A stretch of DNA of 56,438 nucleotides from a virus (IMGVR_UViG_3300046170_000155:1-56438), one strand, 5' to 3'. Shown: positions 1 through 9,765, counted from the first letter of the stretch. Numbers and translations: made by a program. Notes: generated by a model not told the origin, from the sequence alone.

Positions 1-120
1 CAGACACCTATCCGAGAGTGGAAGACAGGTGCGAGATACAAAGGAGAGAAATAACCAGAGGCTCCGTGTCCATACAGAACCTCCGAGTATTTAGACAAAG
101 TTTGGTTGGAAACTTTATCT
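1..120 (-). ncRNA. Candidate small structured RNA (three hairpins, may extend beyond window start)
   Basis: Inverted repeats 5-31, 58-83 and 93-120; five A.C mismatches on + become G.U pairs on -. Begins ~7 nt downstream of a minus-strand -10 box. No ORF. Confidence 0.55.
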
Positions 121-126
121 TCTTCA

Positions 127-155
127 AGATTAACAGAAATGGTAGATACATACAA
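127..155 (-). promoter_or_regulatory. Leftward sigma70-type promoter
   Basis: Minus strand reads TTGTAT-17 nt-TAATCT with extended TG (tgtTAATCT). Confidence 0.6.
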
Positions 156-184
156 TTTTATAAAAGTTTGTTTTTATAAAATTG
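153..184. repeat. Perfect 13-bp inverted repeat between divergent promoters
   Basis: CAATTTTATAAAA (153-165) and TTTTATAAAATTG (172-184), 6-nt spacer. Confidence 0.9.
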
Positions 185-210
185 ACATAGGACAGATATC
201 TCTCTAGTGT
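182..210 (+). promoter_or_regulatory. Rightward sigma70-type promoter
   Basis: TTGACA (182-187), 17 nt, TAGTGT (205-210). Confidence 0.65.
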
Positions 211-216
211 GTTTAA

Positions 217-395
217 TTACAAACAGTTCAAGATACTGGCTCTCAAAATATCTTGTCCGATTAAAACATCTGTGAGCGGTCTAGCCAGCCCGTGGGTCGT
301 CCGGTAAGGGACATCCCTCGGTATATTTAAATTTTGGTTGGGCGGGACCGCACAGGGTTAGCTCTACCAATACAAAAAGTTGGGGGGCAGGGGCA
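217..395 (+). ncRNA. Candidate ~180-nt structured RNA
   Basis: GC-rich non-coding island. Hairpin 229-255, long bulged stem 270-290/336-355 enclosing hairpin 291-320, 3' hairpin 361-388. Confidence 0.5.
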
Positions 396-435
396 ATAAA
401 AAAAAATATTCAAAGTTGGGTGCTACTATAAAAAA

Positions 436-627
436 ATGACTTTAGATTATATACAAAATGGAATGAGATTTAAAGTAAACGGGGAACAGATAACTTACAT
501 CAAGAGTAAAAAAATAATCGACACTTGGACTCAGCCAAATCTAAACCCAAAAGTTCTTGAACGATATGTAATCGACAGAATGATTTCTTTAGCTTATCTA
601 TACAAAGAGGAACTAATTCGACTATAA
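436..627 (+). CDS. Hypothetical protein
   Basis: 63-aa ORF, ATG 6 nt after TGcTACTAT (leaderless arrangement). Confidence 0.55.
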   Translation: MTLDYIQNGMRFKVNGEQITYIKSKKIIDTWTQPNLNPKVLERYVIDRMISLAYLYKEELIRL

Positions 628-665
628 TAAAACCTATGGTTTTAGATTTAAATGTTAAGATAAAT

Positions 666-722
666 ATGTCGGCTCCACTAACCGATATCCTCCCATCACT
701 GGCTATTCTTTCGGGGATAGCC
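666..722 (+). promoter_or_regulatory. Structured leader or small RNA upstream of the HNH gene
   Basis: TGtTAAGAT at 653-661; hairpin 666-688 (loop CTCCACTAA), CCTCCC linker, hairpin 701-722 with TTCG loop. Confidence 0.5.
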
Positions 723-744
723 TTATCTAAAAGGAGTTACGCGC

Positions 745-1134
745 TTGAGTGTTAGATGGGAACCAGAAAACGAAACTTACGAGGAATTTAAAAAACGAAG
801 AAGTGATAGTTTTGGAATTTCGGGAATGGGGCAGAAAAAACGAGAAGGCACCGGTAAGAAGAATCTTTCAGAGCTTCGGGAGAAAGCTTTACAAAGAGCT
901 CACTACACATGTGAGTGGCCGGATTGCAATTCTAAAAAATGGCTAGAGATGGCGCATTTAAAAGCAAAGGGTATGGGTGGAGCAAACAGAAACATATCTG
1001 ATGACCCAATGAATGTTTGCATGCTTTGTAAACATCATCATGACATCTTTGACGGCAGACAACAAGTTGGTTCTCAAAGAGAATATACTGCACTACTCAA
1101 AGGATTTCTTGTATTACAATGGAGAATGAAATGA
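745..1134 (+). CDS. HNH endonuclease (terminase-adjacent)
   Basis: CEWPDC...EMAHLK..GMGG...MNVCMLCKHHHD; RBS AAGGAG before TTG; position resembles HK97 gp74. Confidence 0.85.
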   Translation: MSVRWEPENETYEEFKKRRSDSFGISGMGQKKREGTGKKNLSELREKALQRAHYTCEWPDCNSKKWLEMAHLKAKGMGGANRNISDDPMNVCMLCKHHHDIFDGRQQVGSQREYTALLKGFLVLQWRMK

Positions 1135-1412
1135 GTAAAGTTTATGAAGAGCTGAAGGAGTTCAATCCTAAAGCAATGATAATTGAAGATTTTGAAGAGG
1201 CCTATCTTGGTTTTTCAACTGATGGCAAAGCAATCTATGATTTCTACACAATGTTAGATTTAGTTATTGATGGTATCTATGAAGATGCTCCAGAACAACT
1301 AACAGAAGATGAGGCTTATGGCGAAGCCTACGCACATCTTGACTGTAATGTTATTGGCGTTCAAAAAGGTCAATACAGTCCAATCATTATGTATAAAGAA
1401 ATCTATGACTAA
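1131..1412 (+). CDS. Hypothetical acidic protein
   Basis: ORF coupled by ATGA overlap to the HNH gene and overlapping the terminase start. Confidence 0.7.
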   Translation: MSKVYEELKEFNPKAMIIEDFEEAYLGFSTDGKAIYDFYTMLDLVIDGIYEDAPEQLTEDEAYGEAYAHLDCNVIGVQKGQYSPIIMYKEIYD

Positions 1413-2637
1413 CAAGTATGTTCCTAAGTTACCTCCGTTACACGAGGGACAACTCAAAGTAGCTAAATCAGAAGCGCGTTGGAAAATACTATGTGCTGGT
1501 AGACGATTTGGTAAAACAAGACTTGGTGTCCAATTATGTATGGAAGTTGCTCTTAGGGGCGGAAGAGCTTGGTGGGTAGCACCTACTTTTTCTATTGCTA
1601 GAGTTGGTTGGCGTGATATCGCTGCAAGTGCAAAATCATTTCCTAGAGAAATAGAACCAACAGTATCTTTAGCTAATATGCAAATTGATTTAGCTAACGG
1701 AGGCTCTATCGCAGTTCGTTCTGCTGATAATCCACAAAGACTTCGTGGAGAGGGTCTTGACTACTTAGTTATGGACGAGGCTGCATTCGTAAAACCAGAA
1801 GTATGGGCAGAAGTTCTCAGACCTACACTTACAGAGCGTAAAGGTTCTGCTTTATTTATTTCAACACCTATTGGTAGAGATAACTGGTTTTTTGATTTAT
1901 GGGAAAATGCAGACGATGCAGAGAACTGGGAACGATTTAGATTTTCTACTACTGACAATCCTATGATTGACCCCGAAGAAGTAGAGTCTGCTAGAAAAGA
2001 AGTCGGCTCTATAGTTTTTGCACAAGAGTACTTAGCAGAGTTCGTTGACGCAGGTCAAGGTATGTTAAAGCCGGAGTGGATGAATTATTATATTATTGCT
2101 CCAGACGCAGCAGGTAATCTTAAATGTATTGTTGATGGTTCAGAATACTACTTAGATGCCCTACCTAAATACGGAGTTGTTGATTTAGCTACTACTACAA
2201 ATAAAGATTCAGATTACACAGTTATAACAAGTTTTGCACAAACGCCAGATAATAAGCTTTTAATAATAGACATGGTACGACAGAAAATGGAAGGTCCAGA
2301 CATCATACCTGCAATAAAACGAGCAATTCACAAAAATAAGTTACAATATGTAGGTATAGAACGCCAAGGTTTTCAAACCACGATAATCCAGATGGCGCAA
2401 CGAGCTGGTATTCGAGTTAGAAATCTTAAGACGGATAAAGATAAAGTTACAAGAGCTTTACCCCTAGCTGCAAGAATGGAAGCGGGAGAAGTATTTTTAC
2501 TAAGAGATACTCACTGGCTACCAGAAGTAGAGAGAGAAATAATGACTTTCCCAGCAGGTGCTCATGATGATATTATCGACACTTTGTCGTATGGTGTTCA
2601 ACTACTACAAGATAAAAAGAGCTGGAGCGCATATTAA
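1405..2637 (+). CDS. terL: Terminase large subunit
   Basis: Q-motif LHEGQ, Walker A AGRRFGKT, Walker B YLVMDEAA, coupling motif ISTP, nuclease VDLA...HDDIID; likely start ATG 1405. Confidence 0.97.
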   Translation: MTNKYVPKLPPLHEGQLKVAKSEARWKILCAGRRFGKTRLGVQLCMEVALRGGRAWWVAPTFSIARVGWRDIAASAKSFPREIEPTVSLANMQIDLANGGSIAVRSADNPQRLRGEGLDYLVMDEAAFVKPEVWAEVLRPTLTERKGSALFISTPIGRDNWFFDLWENADDAENWERFRFSTTDNPMIDPEEVESARKEVGSIVFAQEYLAEFVDAGQGMLKPEWMNYYIIAPDAAGNLKCIVDGSEYYLDALPKYGVVDLATTTNKDSDYTVITSFAQTPDNKLLIIDMVRQKMEGPDIIPAIKRAIHKNKLQYVGIERQGFQTTIIQMAQRAGIRVRNLKTDKDKVTRALPLAARMEAGEVFLLRDTHWLPEVEREIMTFPAGAHDDIIDTLSYGVQLLQDKKSWSAY

Positions 2638-4079
2638 TGGCTGAAGATAAGTCAAGATTTTCAAAAGCATTAGACTGGTTGAATGCACCAACTGATGCAA
2701 GAGTAAGAAGAGAACAAAAAGGCATTACTGTTAATCAACAGGAATATTCATTTTTAAATCAAGCTGTATACGGTTATAACACCGAATCTGGTTACTTTGA
2801 CCATAAAAAGATAGCAGAAGTAGGTGACGGCACTGGTAACTCAGCAGTTGTCGCTTGTTTAAATGTTTTAGCAACATCGTTTGCTGAACCAGGATTACTT
2901 GTCTCAAAAAGAAACTCCGAAGGAGACTATACAAGAGACATGAATCATCCACTTGCTAGATTGTTTAGAAGACCAAATCCATATATGACACAGCAGTTAC
3001 TTGCTAACTATATTGTTACATCAATTAATGCAGCAGGAGACGCTTTTATATATAAGAATAGGAACGCGAGAGGTGAAGTTGTCGAGCTAGTACCCCTTAT
3101 GCCTCATTTAGTAGAAGCTAAAGGTACACAAAACGAATTAATTACACATTACAATTATCAACCGCAGGGTGGACTTCAAGGTCAAGACAATGTAAGAATT
3201 GACAAGAAAGATATGTTTCACTTAAGACAATCTGTTGACCCTAATGATATGAGAAGAGGAATGGCTCCTCTAAGGTCAGTTTTACGAGAAATTGCTGGTG
3301 ATGAAGCAGCCGGACAATATACTGCCGCTTTATTACACAACATGGCTGTTCCCGGAGTAATCCTCTCCCCAAGAGATGATGCTATGGGTGGTCCAACGAG
3401 AGACGAAGCTGAAGCTATTGCAGATATGTATAAGCAGAAGTTTGGTGGTAAAAACAGAGGTGCTCCTATGGTTTTATCTGGTGCTATGAATGTTGAAGTT
3501 GTATCTTTTTCTCCAGACCAAATGAAGTTAGCCGAATTAAGAAGAATACCAGAAGAAAGAGTTTCTGCTGTACTTGGCGTTCCAGCTGTTCTTGCAGGAC
3601 TTGGTGCTGGTCTCGATTCTGCTACATATTCAAATACGAAAGAACTTAGAGAGTTCTTTACAGAGTCAAAAATGGTCCCAATGTGGAACATGGTTGCGAG
3701 TGATTTGACTCATCAATTGTTACGACCAGAGTTTGACGGTAACGATAATCAATACTGCGAGTATGATATCGGAAGCGTTAGAGCTTTAGCTGATGACAAA
3801 GACAACCTCTATAAACGCATGAACACTGCTGTACAAGGGGGTTGGGTAACAATTGGCGAAGCAAGAAAAGTTGTAGGACTAGAGGCTGATAATAGACATG
3901 ATGTTTATTTAAGACCTCTTAACATGATTCAAGTAACAGAAGATGGTAGTCCACTTTTAAATGAAGGTGGAACAGATACAGCTGACAAACCAACTAATGA
4001 TAATGACGATGATGAGTCTAAAGCAACATTGACTACTCGACTTTACCTCCAGAGTACAGAAGAGAAGAAGAAGTATTGA
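2637..4079 (+). CDS. Portal protein, HK97 family (probably continues to 5322 across indels)
   Basis: V.ACLNVLA, RPNPYMT, GDAFIY, GMAPL, N.AVPGVIL, VLGVP..LAG, ATYSN, WVTIGEAR; directly after terL. Confidence 0.95.
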   Translation: MAEDKSRFSKALDWLNAPTDARVRREQKGITVNQQEYSFLNQAVYGYNTESGYFDHKKIAEVGDGTGNSAVVACLNVLATSFAEPGLLVSKRNSEGDYTRDMNHPLARLFRRPNPYMTQQLLANYIVTSINAAGDAFIYKNRNARGEVVELVPLMPHLVEAKGTQNELITHYNYQPQGGLQGQDNVRIDKKDMFHLRQSVDPNDMRRGMAPLRSVLREIAGDEAAGQYTAALLHNMAVPGVILSPRDDAMGGPTRDEAEAIADMYKQKFGGKNRGAPMVLSGAMNVEVVSFSPDQMKLAELRRIPEERVSAVLGVPAVLAGLGAGLDSATYSNTKELREFFTESKMVPMWNMVASDLTHQLLRPEFDGNDNQYCEYDIGSVRALADDKDNLYKRMNTAVQGGWVTIGEARKVVGLEADNRHDVYLRPLNMIQVTEDGSPLLNEGGTDTADKPTNDNDDDESKATLTTRLYLQSTEEKKKY

Positions 4080-5322
4080 CTACACCTACAAGACTTGACC
4101 AAGGAAAAAGTTGCACTTGATAAAGATATGTTTGACAATCCAGGCAGAAGCTATTGAAAGGTCTAAAGAACTAAGTTGTTCTCTTGGTGTACACAGTCAT
4201 GAAGTAGATGGCAAAGAAGTCTTTATGCCTTGTAAGACACATGAAGAATATGAAGAAGCTGTCAGTAAACCTAAAAAGTCTAAAGACATTGAGGAATTAA
4301 AAGTTTCTTTAGAAGAAGCTGAAACAATGTACGAAAAAGGAGACAAACTGAATAGTCCAGAAGAAAAAGCACCAGATAAAGTAACAAACTTTCCTAAGAG
4401 TGGAGATAATCAGAAAATAAGTTTATCTAACTCACAACATAAACAATTTCCCTAGTCACGCTTATGTTAAAGATTTAAAAGAAAACTGGCCAGAGATTTG
4501 GAGAAGAGCAGGTACCGGTGGTAATCCTCCTACTTCATTTACTGGTAACGATGCTTTCAATAGATGGACAGCTTACAAAGGCGGAGACAGAAGCGAATCA
4601 GTTCTTAACTGGGTTAAGAGAAGAGAACGCTTTATGAATCGTCACAAGAAGAATAACAGACTTAACGGAACTATTGCTGTTATGAAATGGGGCGGTGTAA
4701 CTGCTGGTGGTGTTTCACAAATGAAATCAGTTGTTAATGATTACAAAAAAGTTATTAGAGAGCGTAGAAAAAAATCTCTTAATATAGCTGAAGATTACTT
4801 ATTGAAAGCAGTATCTGAGTAGAGTAAGAACTGCTCTTACTAAAAAAGTAAAAGACCATAACTGCTAAAAATCCAAAGCATAGAGCAACACTGAGAATGC
4901 TTATTGCAGTATTCAACAGAGGTGTTGGTGCATACAGAACTAACCCCGGTTCAGTCAGAGGCAATGTTACATCTGCTGACCAGTGGGCAATGGCCAGAGT
5001 TAACGGTTTTATAAGAGCATTAAGAAGTGGTAAGTTTAGAAGAAAACCTTACGACCAAGATTTACTACCAAGCTCACATCCATTGTCATCTAAAAAATCT
5101 GGAACTAAAGCAGAGTCAGTTAGAGCAGGACAAGCAGTTAGTTGGTCAATCAATAAAGACCCAGACCCACCTTCAATTGTTCACGGTATTGTTACATCAG
5201 TAAGTGATGACGAAGCAACTGTTATGGTATGGGCTCGTTTAGAAAATGGTCAACATCAGAAGACAGATAGAAGTGTTAAAGTGCTTATCTCAAAGCTCAG
5301 AATAATATCTGACTTTAGATAA
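4040..5322 (+). CDS. Multi-domain C-terminal extension of the portal (frameshifted in this assembly)
   Basis: ORF pieces 4111-4455, ~4452-4822 and 4897-5322 join through single-base indels, with no internal RBS or start seen. Contains a C.GVHSH...MPC..H module, an RGVGAYRTNP...QWAMARV module and an SH3/Tudor-like tail. Confidence 0.65.
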
Positions 5323-5401
5323 TAAAACACTAAAAGTCGAAATCATATTATACAATAATTAAAACGCGCTTCTACAAATTTATATTGTAGAATATTGAGG
5401 T

Positions 5402-6648
5402 ATGATGAACAACGAATCTAAAAATATAGACATAGAGTTAAAAGATGACTCTGGTCAAGTAGAAGCAGTATTCAGTCTATTTAACTCTCTTGATAGTGAT
5501 GGAGATGTTGTTGTACCGGAGCTGTCAAATCTGGTTTTAAAAATAATCAAGTACCTATGGTTTGGTCTCACAAATGGGACATGCCTATTGGTAAAGGTAC
5601 AATCGCACAAGATAATGATAAAGCAGTATTTAAAGGCGAATTTTTTATGGACACAGAGTCTGGTAAAGAAGCTTATAATCTTGTAAAAAATATGGGCGAT
5701 ATGCAACAATGGTCTTTTGGCTATAAAGTAAACGATTCCGAGTTTGCTAAAGCAGAAACACAAAATGGTGAAACAGACGCTAGATACCTTAAAGACCTTA
5801 CAGTTTACGAAGTTTCTCCTGTTTTAGTTGGAGCTAATCAAGATACATATACTCTTGCTATAAAGTCCAACACAGAATTACTTAAAGAAATTACAAAAGA
5901 AAAAAGTGGAGAAGAAGAAGTTGAAGTTTCTTCTACCTGTGCTTGCAACTGTGGTTCTAAAAGTGATGAAGATGACAAAGAAGAAATGAAGTCTTGCAAA
6001 TATCACGAAGGTGGTGCTTGTGCTAAAGATGGTAAAAAATCTGAAGCTAAAGGTAAAGGCGAGTGTAAATATGGTAATGGAGGTAACTGTATGAAAGAAT
6101 ATGATGACGAGAAAAAGTCAGACGAAGATTTAGAAGTTTCACAGGAAGACAGCAAGTCTTTCTCTGAAGAAGTCAAAGATGTGCTTGCTGCATTGGATGA
6201 CTTAGTAGCCCGAGCAAAAGCTATTTCTATGCTCAGAGGCGAAGATGGGAGAAAATTAGGCGTTAAAGCCACCGAAGCACTTCGTGCAGTCGCAGACGAC
6301 TTAAACGATGCTTGGACCGAGATTGATGAGTTCATCGGACATGTCGGAACCGAGGGTGCTTTGGAGTTAGAAGTAGATGAAGAACTTGTGGAAGATGAGC
6401 CAGCCGAATCTGAAGAGGTAGCTGAGGCTTCAACTGATACTATTGATGTTGAAACAGAAGTCGAAGAAGTTACTGAGGAAGAAGCACCAGCAGAGGAATC
6501 TGTTGATGTAGAACCGGAAGATGAAGCTGCTGAAGAAGAAACTCCAGAAGATAACACTGATTCCTCTGACGAAGAATTTGATGCTGAGTGGGTGAGGGCA
6601 CAGCAAATTATTGCTGAATCCTTAGTCGAAGAAATAGAAGAAGTATAA
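5402..6648 (+). CDS. Prohead protease (HK97 family) with long acidic C-terminal extension; frameshift ~5520
   Basis: F..LDSDGDVV / MVWSHKW..PIG, WSFGY, YEVSPVLVGAN; between portal and capsid genes. Confidence 0.92.
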
Positions 6649-6674
6649 GCAATAACGATTGGAGAAATCCCAAA

Positions 6675-7918
6675 ATGAGTAAACAAAAAGAACTCATGGA
6701 CCAAATCGCTGTTAAAAGAGCAGAATTAAAATCTGTTTTTGAATCCGCTGAAGACGGCAAGTACAACTCTGACCAAAAAGAAGAGATTAAGTCAAGAAAT
6801 GACGAACTTGCTGGATTAGTCGAAGACCTTTCAATTGAGAAGAAAAAAGCTTCCAATGAAAAAGCTCTCGAAGTAGATTCAAAACCCGTTGCAGAAATGC
6901 CGTTAGCTAATAACGAAGGTTCAGAAGCTAAATCTGTTGGACAGCTATTTACAGAGTCCGAAGCCTACAAAATTATGTAGGTACAGGGGTCAAAGGTATT
7001 GACTCAAAAGTTGAGACAAAAACATCACTAACAACTACAGGATATCCACCGGAAGTCTTAAGACAACCTGGAATCTTGGAGACATCTCTTAGAGACCCTA
7101 ATGCTGTTATATCATTATTTGATGTAATTAACACAGACCAAAATGCTTTCTCATACCTTGAGGAAACAACCTTCACAAACAATGCAGCTGAAGCTGCTGA
7201 AGGTTCAGCAGTCGGTGAAGCAGCATTAGCTTTCACAGAGCAAACAGAAGCAATCCGTAAAATGGGTATTTTCATCCCAGTTACAGATGAATTATTAGCA
7301 GACGAATCTGGTATTCAAGGTTACTTGAACTCTAGACTTCAAACAATGATTAGACTTCGTATGGACAGCCAACTCCTTAGTGGAGACGGTACTGCTCCAA
7401 ACTTAGAAGGAATCTTGGACGCTGGTAAATCTGGTGTTGGTAGCACAGACTTTAGCTCCTATGCAGGAACTTTAGGAAAAATTGGAGCTATCTACGGAGC
7501 AATCACTGACATTCGTGTCAACGCATTCACAGAACCAGATGCAATTATTATGCATCCTAATGACTGGAATGACATTGTCACATCTGTAGGTGCAGACTTT
7601 GCAGGAACTTCATCCGCTGGATATACAGAAAAGTCACCACTTTTCGTAGCAGCAGGTGGAATGGGCGCAGGTCCTTCAGCACAAATCTGGGGACTAAAAG
7701 TAGTTCCTACAACCGCAATTTCCGCAGGTACAGTACTTGTTGGTAAATTCGGTGGTGGCGAAGCAGCTAATGTCGTTATGAGACAAGGTATGGAAATAGC
7801 CGTATCTGATTCACATAGCGATTTCTTTACAAAGAATCAATTAGCAATCAGAGCTACTATGAGAGTCGGTTTCCCTGTTTACAGGCAAGCAGCTTTTCAT
7901 AAACTAACAAATATGTAA
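6675..7918 (+). CDS. Major capsid protein (HK97 fold); frameshifts ~6975 and ~7050
   Basis: Coiled-coil delta domain ending EAK|SVGQLF; EG...E...F, IPVTDELLAD, LLSGDGT, IMHPNDW, IWGLKVV, FTKNQLAIRA..R...AAF; RBS GGAG. Confidence 0.95.
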
Positions 7919-7941
7919 TATTCGTTAGTAGCGAAATTTCA

Positions 7942-7975
7942 AGAGGGCCGGGTAAAACCGGCTCTTTTGTTTTTA
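7942..7975 (+). terminator. Rho-independent terminator after capsid gene
   Basis: AGAGGGCCGG-GTAAAA-CCGGCTCTTTT stem followed by T-rich tail. Confidence 0.85.
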
Positions 7976-7995
7976 TAAGGTAGAATATAAACATT

Positions 7996-8255
7996 ATGTC
8001 AGAATATACAAAACCAGAAAAAACAATTTGGAAGATAAGGATGATGGTCCTATTTGGAAGGTCCTATGGCAGAACTACCTAAATCTGGGTCTCAAAGATT
8101 GCAAAAGCAGTAAAGAAGTATCTAAAGAATGGTTAAAGAGCAAGGTTGGGGACCCTGAGAAGAGAAAAAAGTCAGCACCTATAAAAAAATCTGCTCCTAA
8201 GAAAAAGTCGAAACCAAAGCTGTTAAACCATCAGAAGAAAATAAAGGAGTCCTAA
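7996..8255 (+). CDS. Small Lys/Ala/Pro-rich head-associated protein (frameshifted)
   Basis: ATG 7996 after TAGAAT; reading continues across frames to KAVKPSEENK; typical slot after capsid gene. Confidence 0.5.
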
Positions 8256-8893
8256 ATGGCTCTTTGTAGCGTAGTGATGTAGAAACATTTCTGAAATTGA
8301 TTTAAATTCACATGTTGAAGCTTCAGTTACAAATACTTTATACCTTATGTTGATGCTGCTATTAAGCGGTTACTTGTCATGATGTTGAACAAGCTACATT
8401 TACTAGAAGTATTTTGAGGGAAGAACAACAAGATATTTCTAAGACACATTCCTATTGCGTCTATTACTTCTGTTCTGAAGACAGTAACACATTGGTATCC
8501 GGTAATGAAAAAGATTATGTTCATTACGATAACGGTAGATTAAGAAGAATAGTAGTTAGATGGTCTGGAATAAAACCTAAAAATATTTCAGTCACTTATG
8601 TTGGTGGATATCAATCAGCTGACATTCCAGAACAAATAAAACAAACAGCTGCAAGAGCTTCTGGTAGATTACTTTTAACTTCCTTACAAAACTCGGCTAA
8701 AGCTGACACAGGTCAAATCTCAAGTCATCTAGCAGACAATACTACACCTACTAATTTTGACATTGCCTTGTCTGAAAGAATTGGAGACTATGATATAGCA
8801 TTTGCGGATGTTGTAGTTCAAAATTTACAACCTGTTTTAACTAATGCTGACATGGCTATATTAAACCCATTTAAAAGCAGATTCTTTGTATAA
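8256..8893 (+). CDS. Head-tail connector/adaptor (gp6/gp15-like); 5' part frameshifted
   Basis: RBS AAGGAG, ATG 8256; ISVTYVGGY...IPEQIKQ.A, SERIGDY, ILNPFK. Confidence 0.8.
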
Positions 8894-8899
8894 TAGAGT

Positions 8900-9535
8900 A
8901 TGGTACATAGAAAAGCCCCTTCCCTCGAGGAAGCAAGGGAGTTCTTTCTAGCAGACCCTAATAAAATGCTCCAAGAATGGGCAGATGAGTGGGGCGTCAC
9001 ACACGAAAGAGTTCGTCAATTAAGAATTGAATCTGGCGTTCCTCAACGAGGTGCTTACAATCAAGAAACCGCCGAATCAATATTAGAAGTTATTAGAACT
9101 GGTCGTGGTGGTTTAACTACACCTAGAACTTATGAAGATGTCAATATAGGCTAGAAAGATTTAAAACCTGGATAGAAGAAGAAGAAGGTTTAGCGAACGT
9201 GTCAAGAAGCTCAAAAAGAAGCAGCTAAAAGTTTAAAAGACCCTATTGAGAAAGAATGTAAATATTGTCGTCAATGGAAAGCAGTAGAAGACTTTAAAAG
9301 AAACCAAAAATACTTAGACGGATATACTAAATTCTGTATTGATTGCTTACAAGTATTAAAAGAAAAAAAAGAAGAACTTGGTGATGAGAAAATTAAAACT
9401 ATGTTTGTCTTGTAAGAAAGATAAAAAGACATTCAGATTTAGCTAAAATCCCAAACTCAAAAGATGGTTAAAATTATTTTGTAAAAATTGTCACAAGACA
9501 AACAATAAAAAGAAAAGGCGTAGAAATGCCCAGAT
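8900..9535 (+). CDS. HTH plus tandem Cys4 zinc-binding protein (frameshifted)
   Basis: Sigma70 region-4-like LQEWADEWGVTHERVRQL; downstream frames give KECKYCRQWK..EDF..N..Y.DG..KFCIDC and a second CLSCKKDK...DG...FCKNC. Confidence 0.65.
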
Positions 9536-9765
9536 ATGATTATAAATGTTTATCCTGTGAAACAAGTTATGAGATAACACATAAAATAACTGAAGACCCA
9601 GAAGTTTTATGTCCTAAAGATAATGTAGTTTGCAAAAGACAAATAAGTAAAAATGTAAGGTTTGAAACACCAGTAGATATTGACTGGGAAAAAGACCCTA
9701 AAGATTTATCTGAAAGTTCATTTAAACAATATCAAAAAGCAAAGAAACAAAAATTTCAATGGTAA
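9526..9765 (+). CDS. FmdB-family zinc-ribbon protein
   Basis: MPRYDYKCLSC...E......CP....KRQIS signature. Confidence 0.85.
   Translation: MPRYDYKCLSCETSYEITHKITEDPEVLCPKDNVVCKRQISKNVRFETPVDIDWEKDPKDLSESSFKQYQKAKKQKFQW

Noticed and set aside
58-83. AUGGAC hexaloop resembling a CsrA/RsmA site
   Set aside because: Single copy only; Csr sponge RNAs carry several.
291-320. Resemblance of GGTCGTCCGGTAAGGGACATCC to SRP RNA helix 8
   Set aside because: Lacks the conserved CAGG/AGCA internal loop, so not called SRP.
436-1412. Terminase small subunit
   Set aside because: None of the ORFs upstream of terL shows a recognisable TerS pattern; it may lie outside the window.
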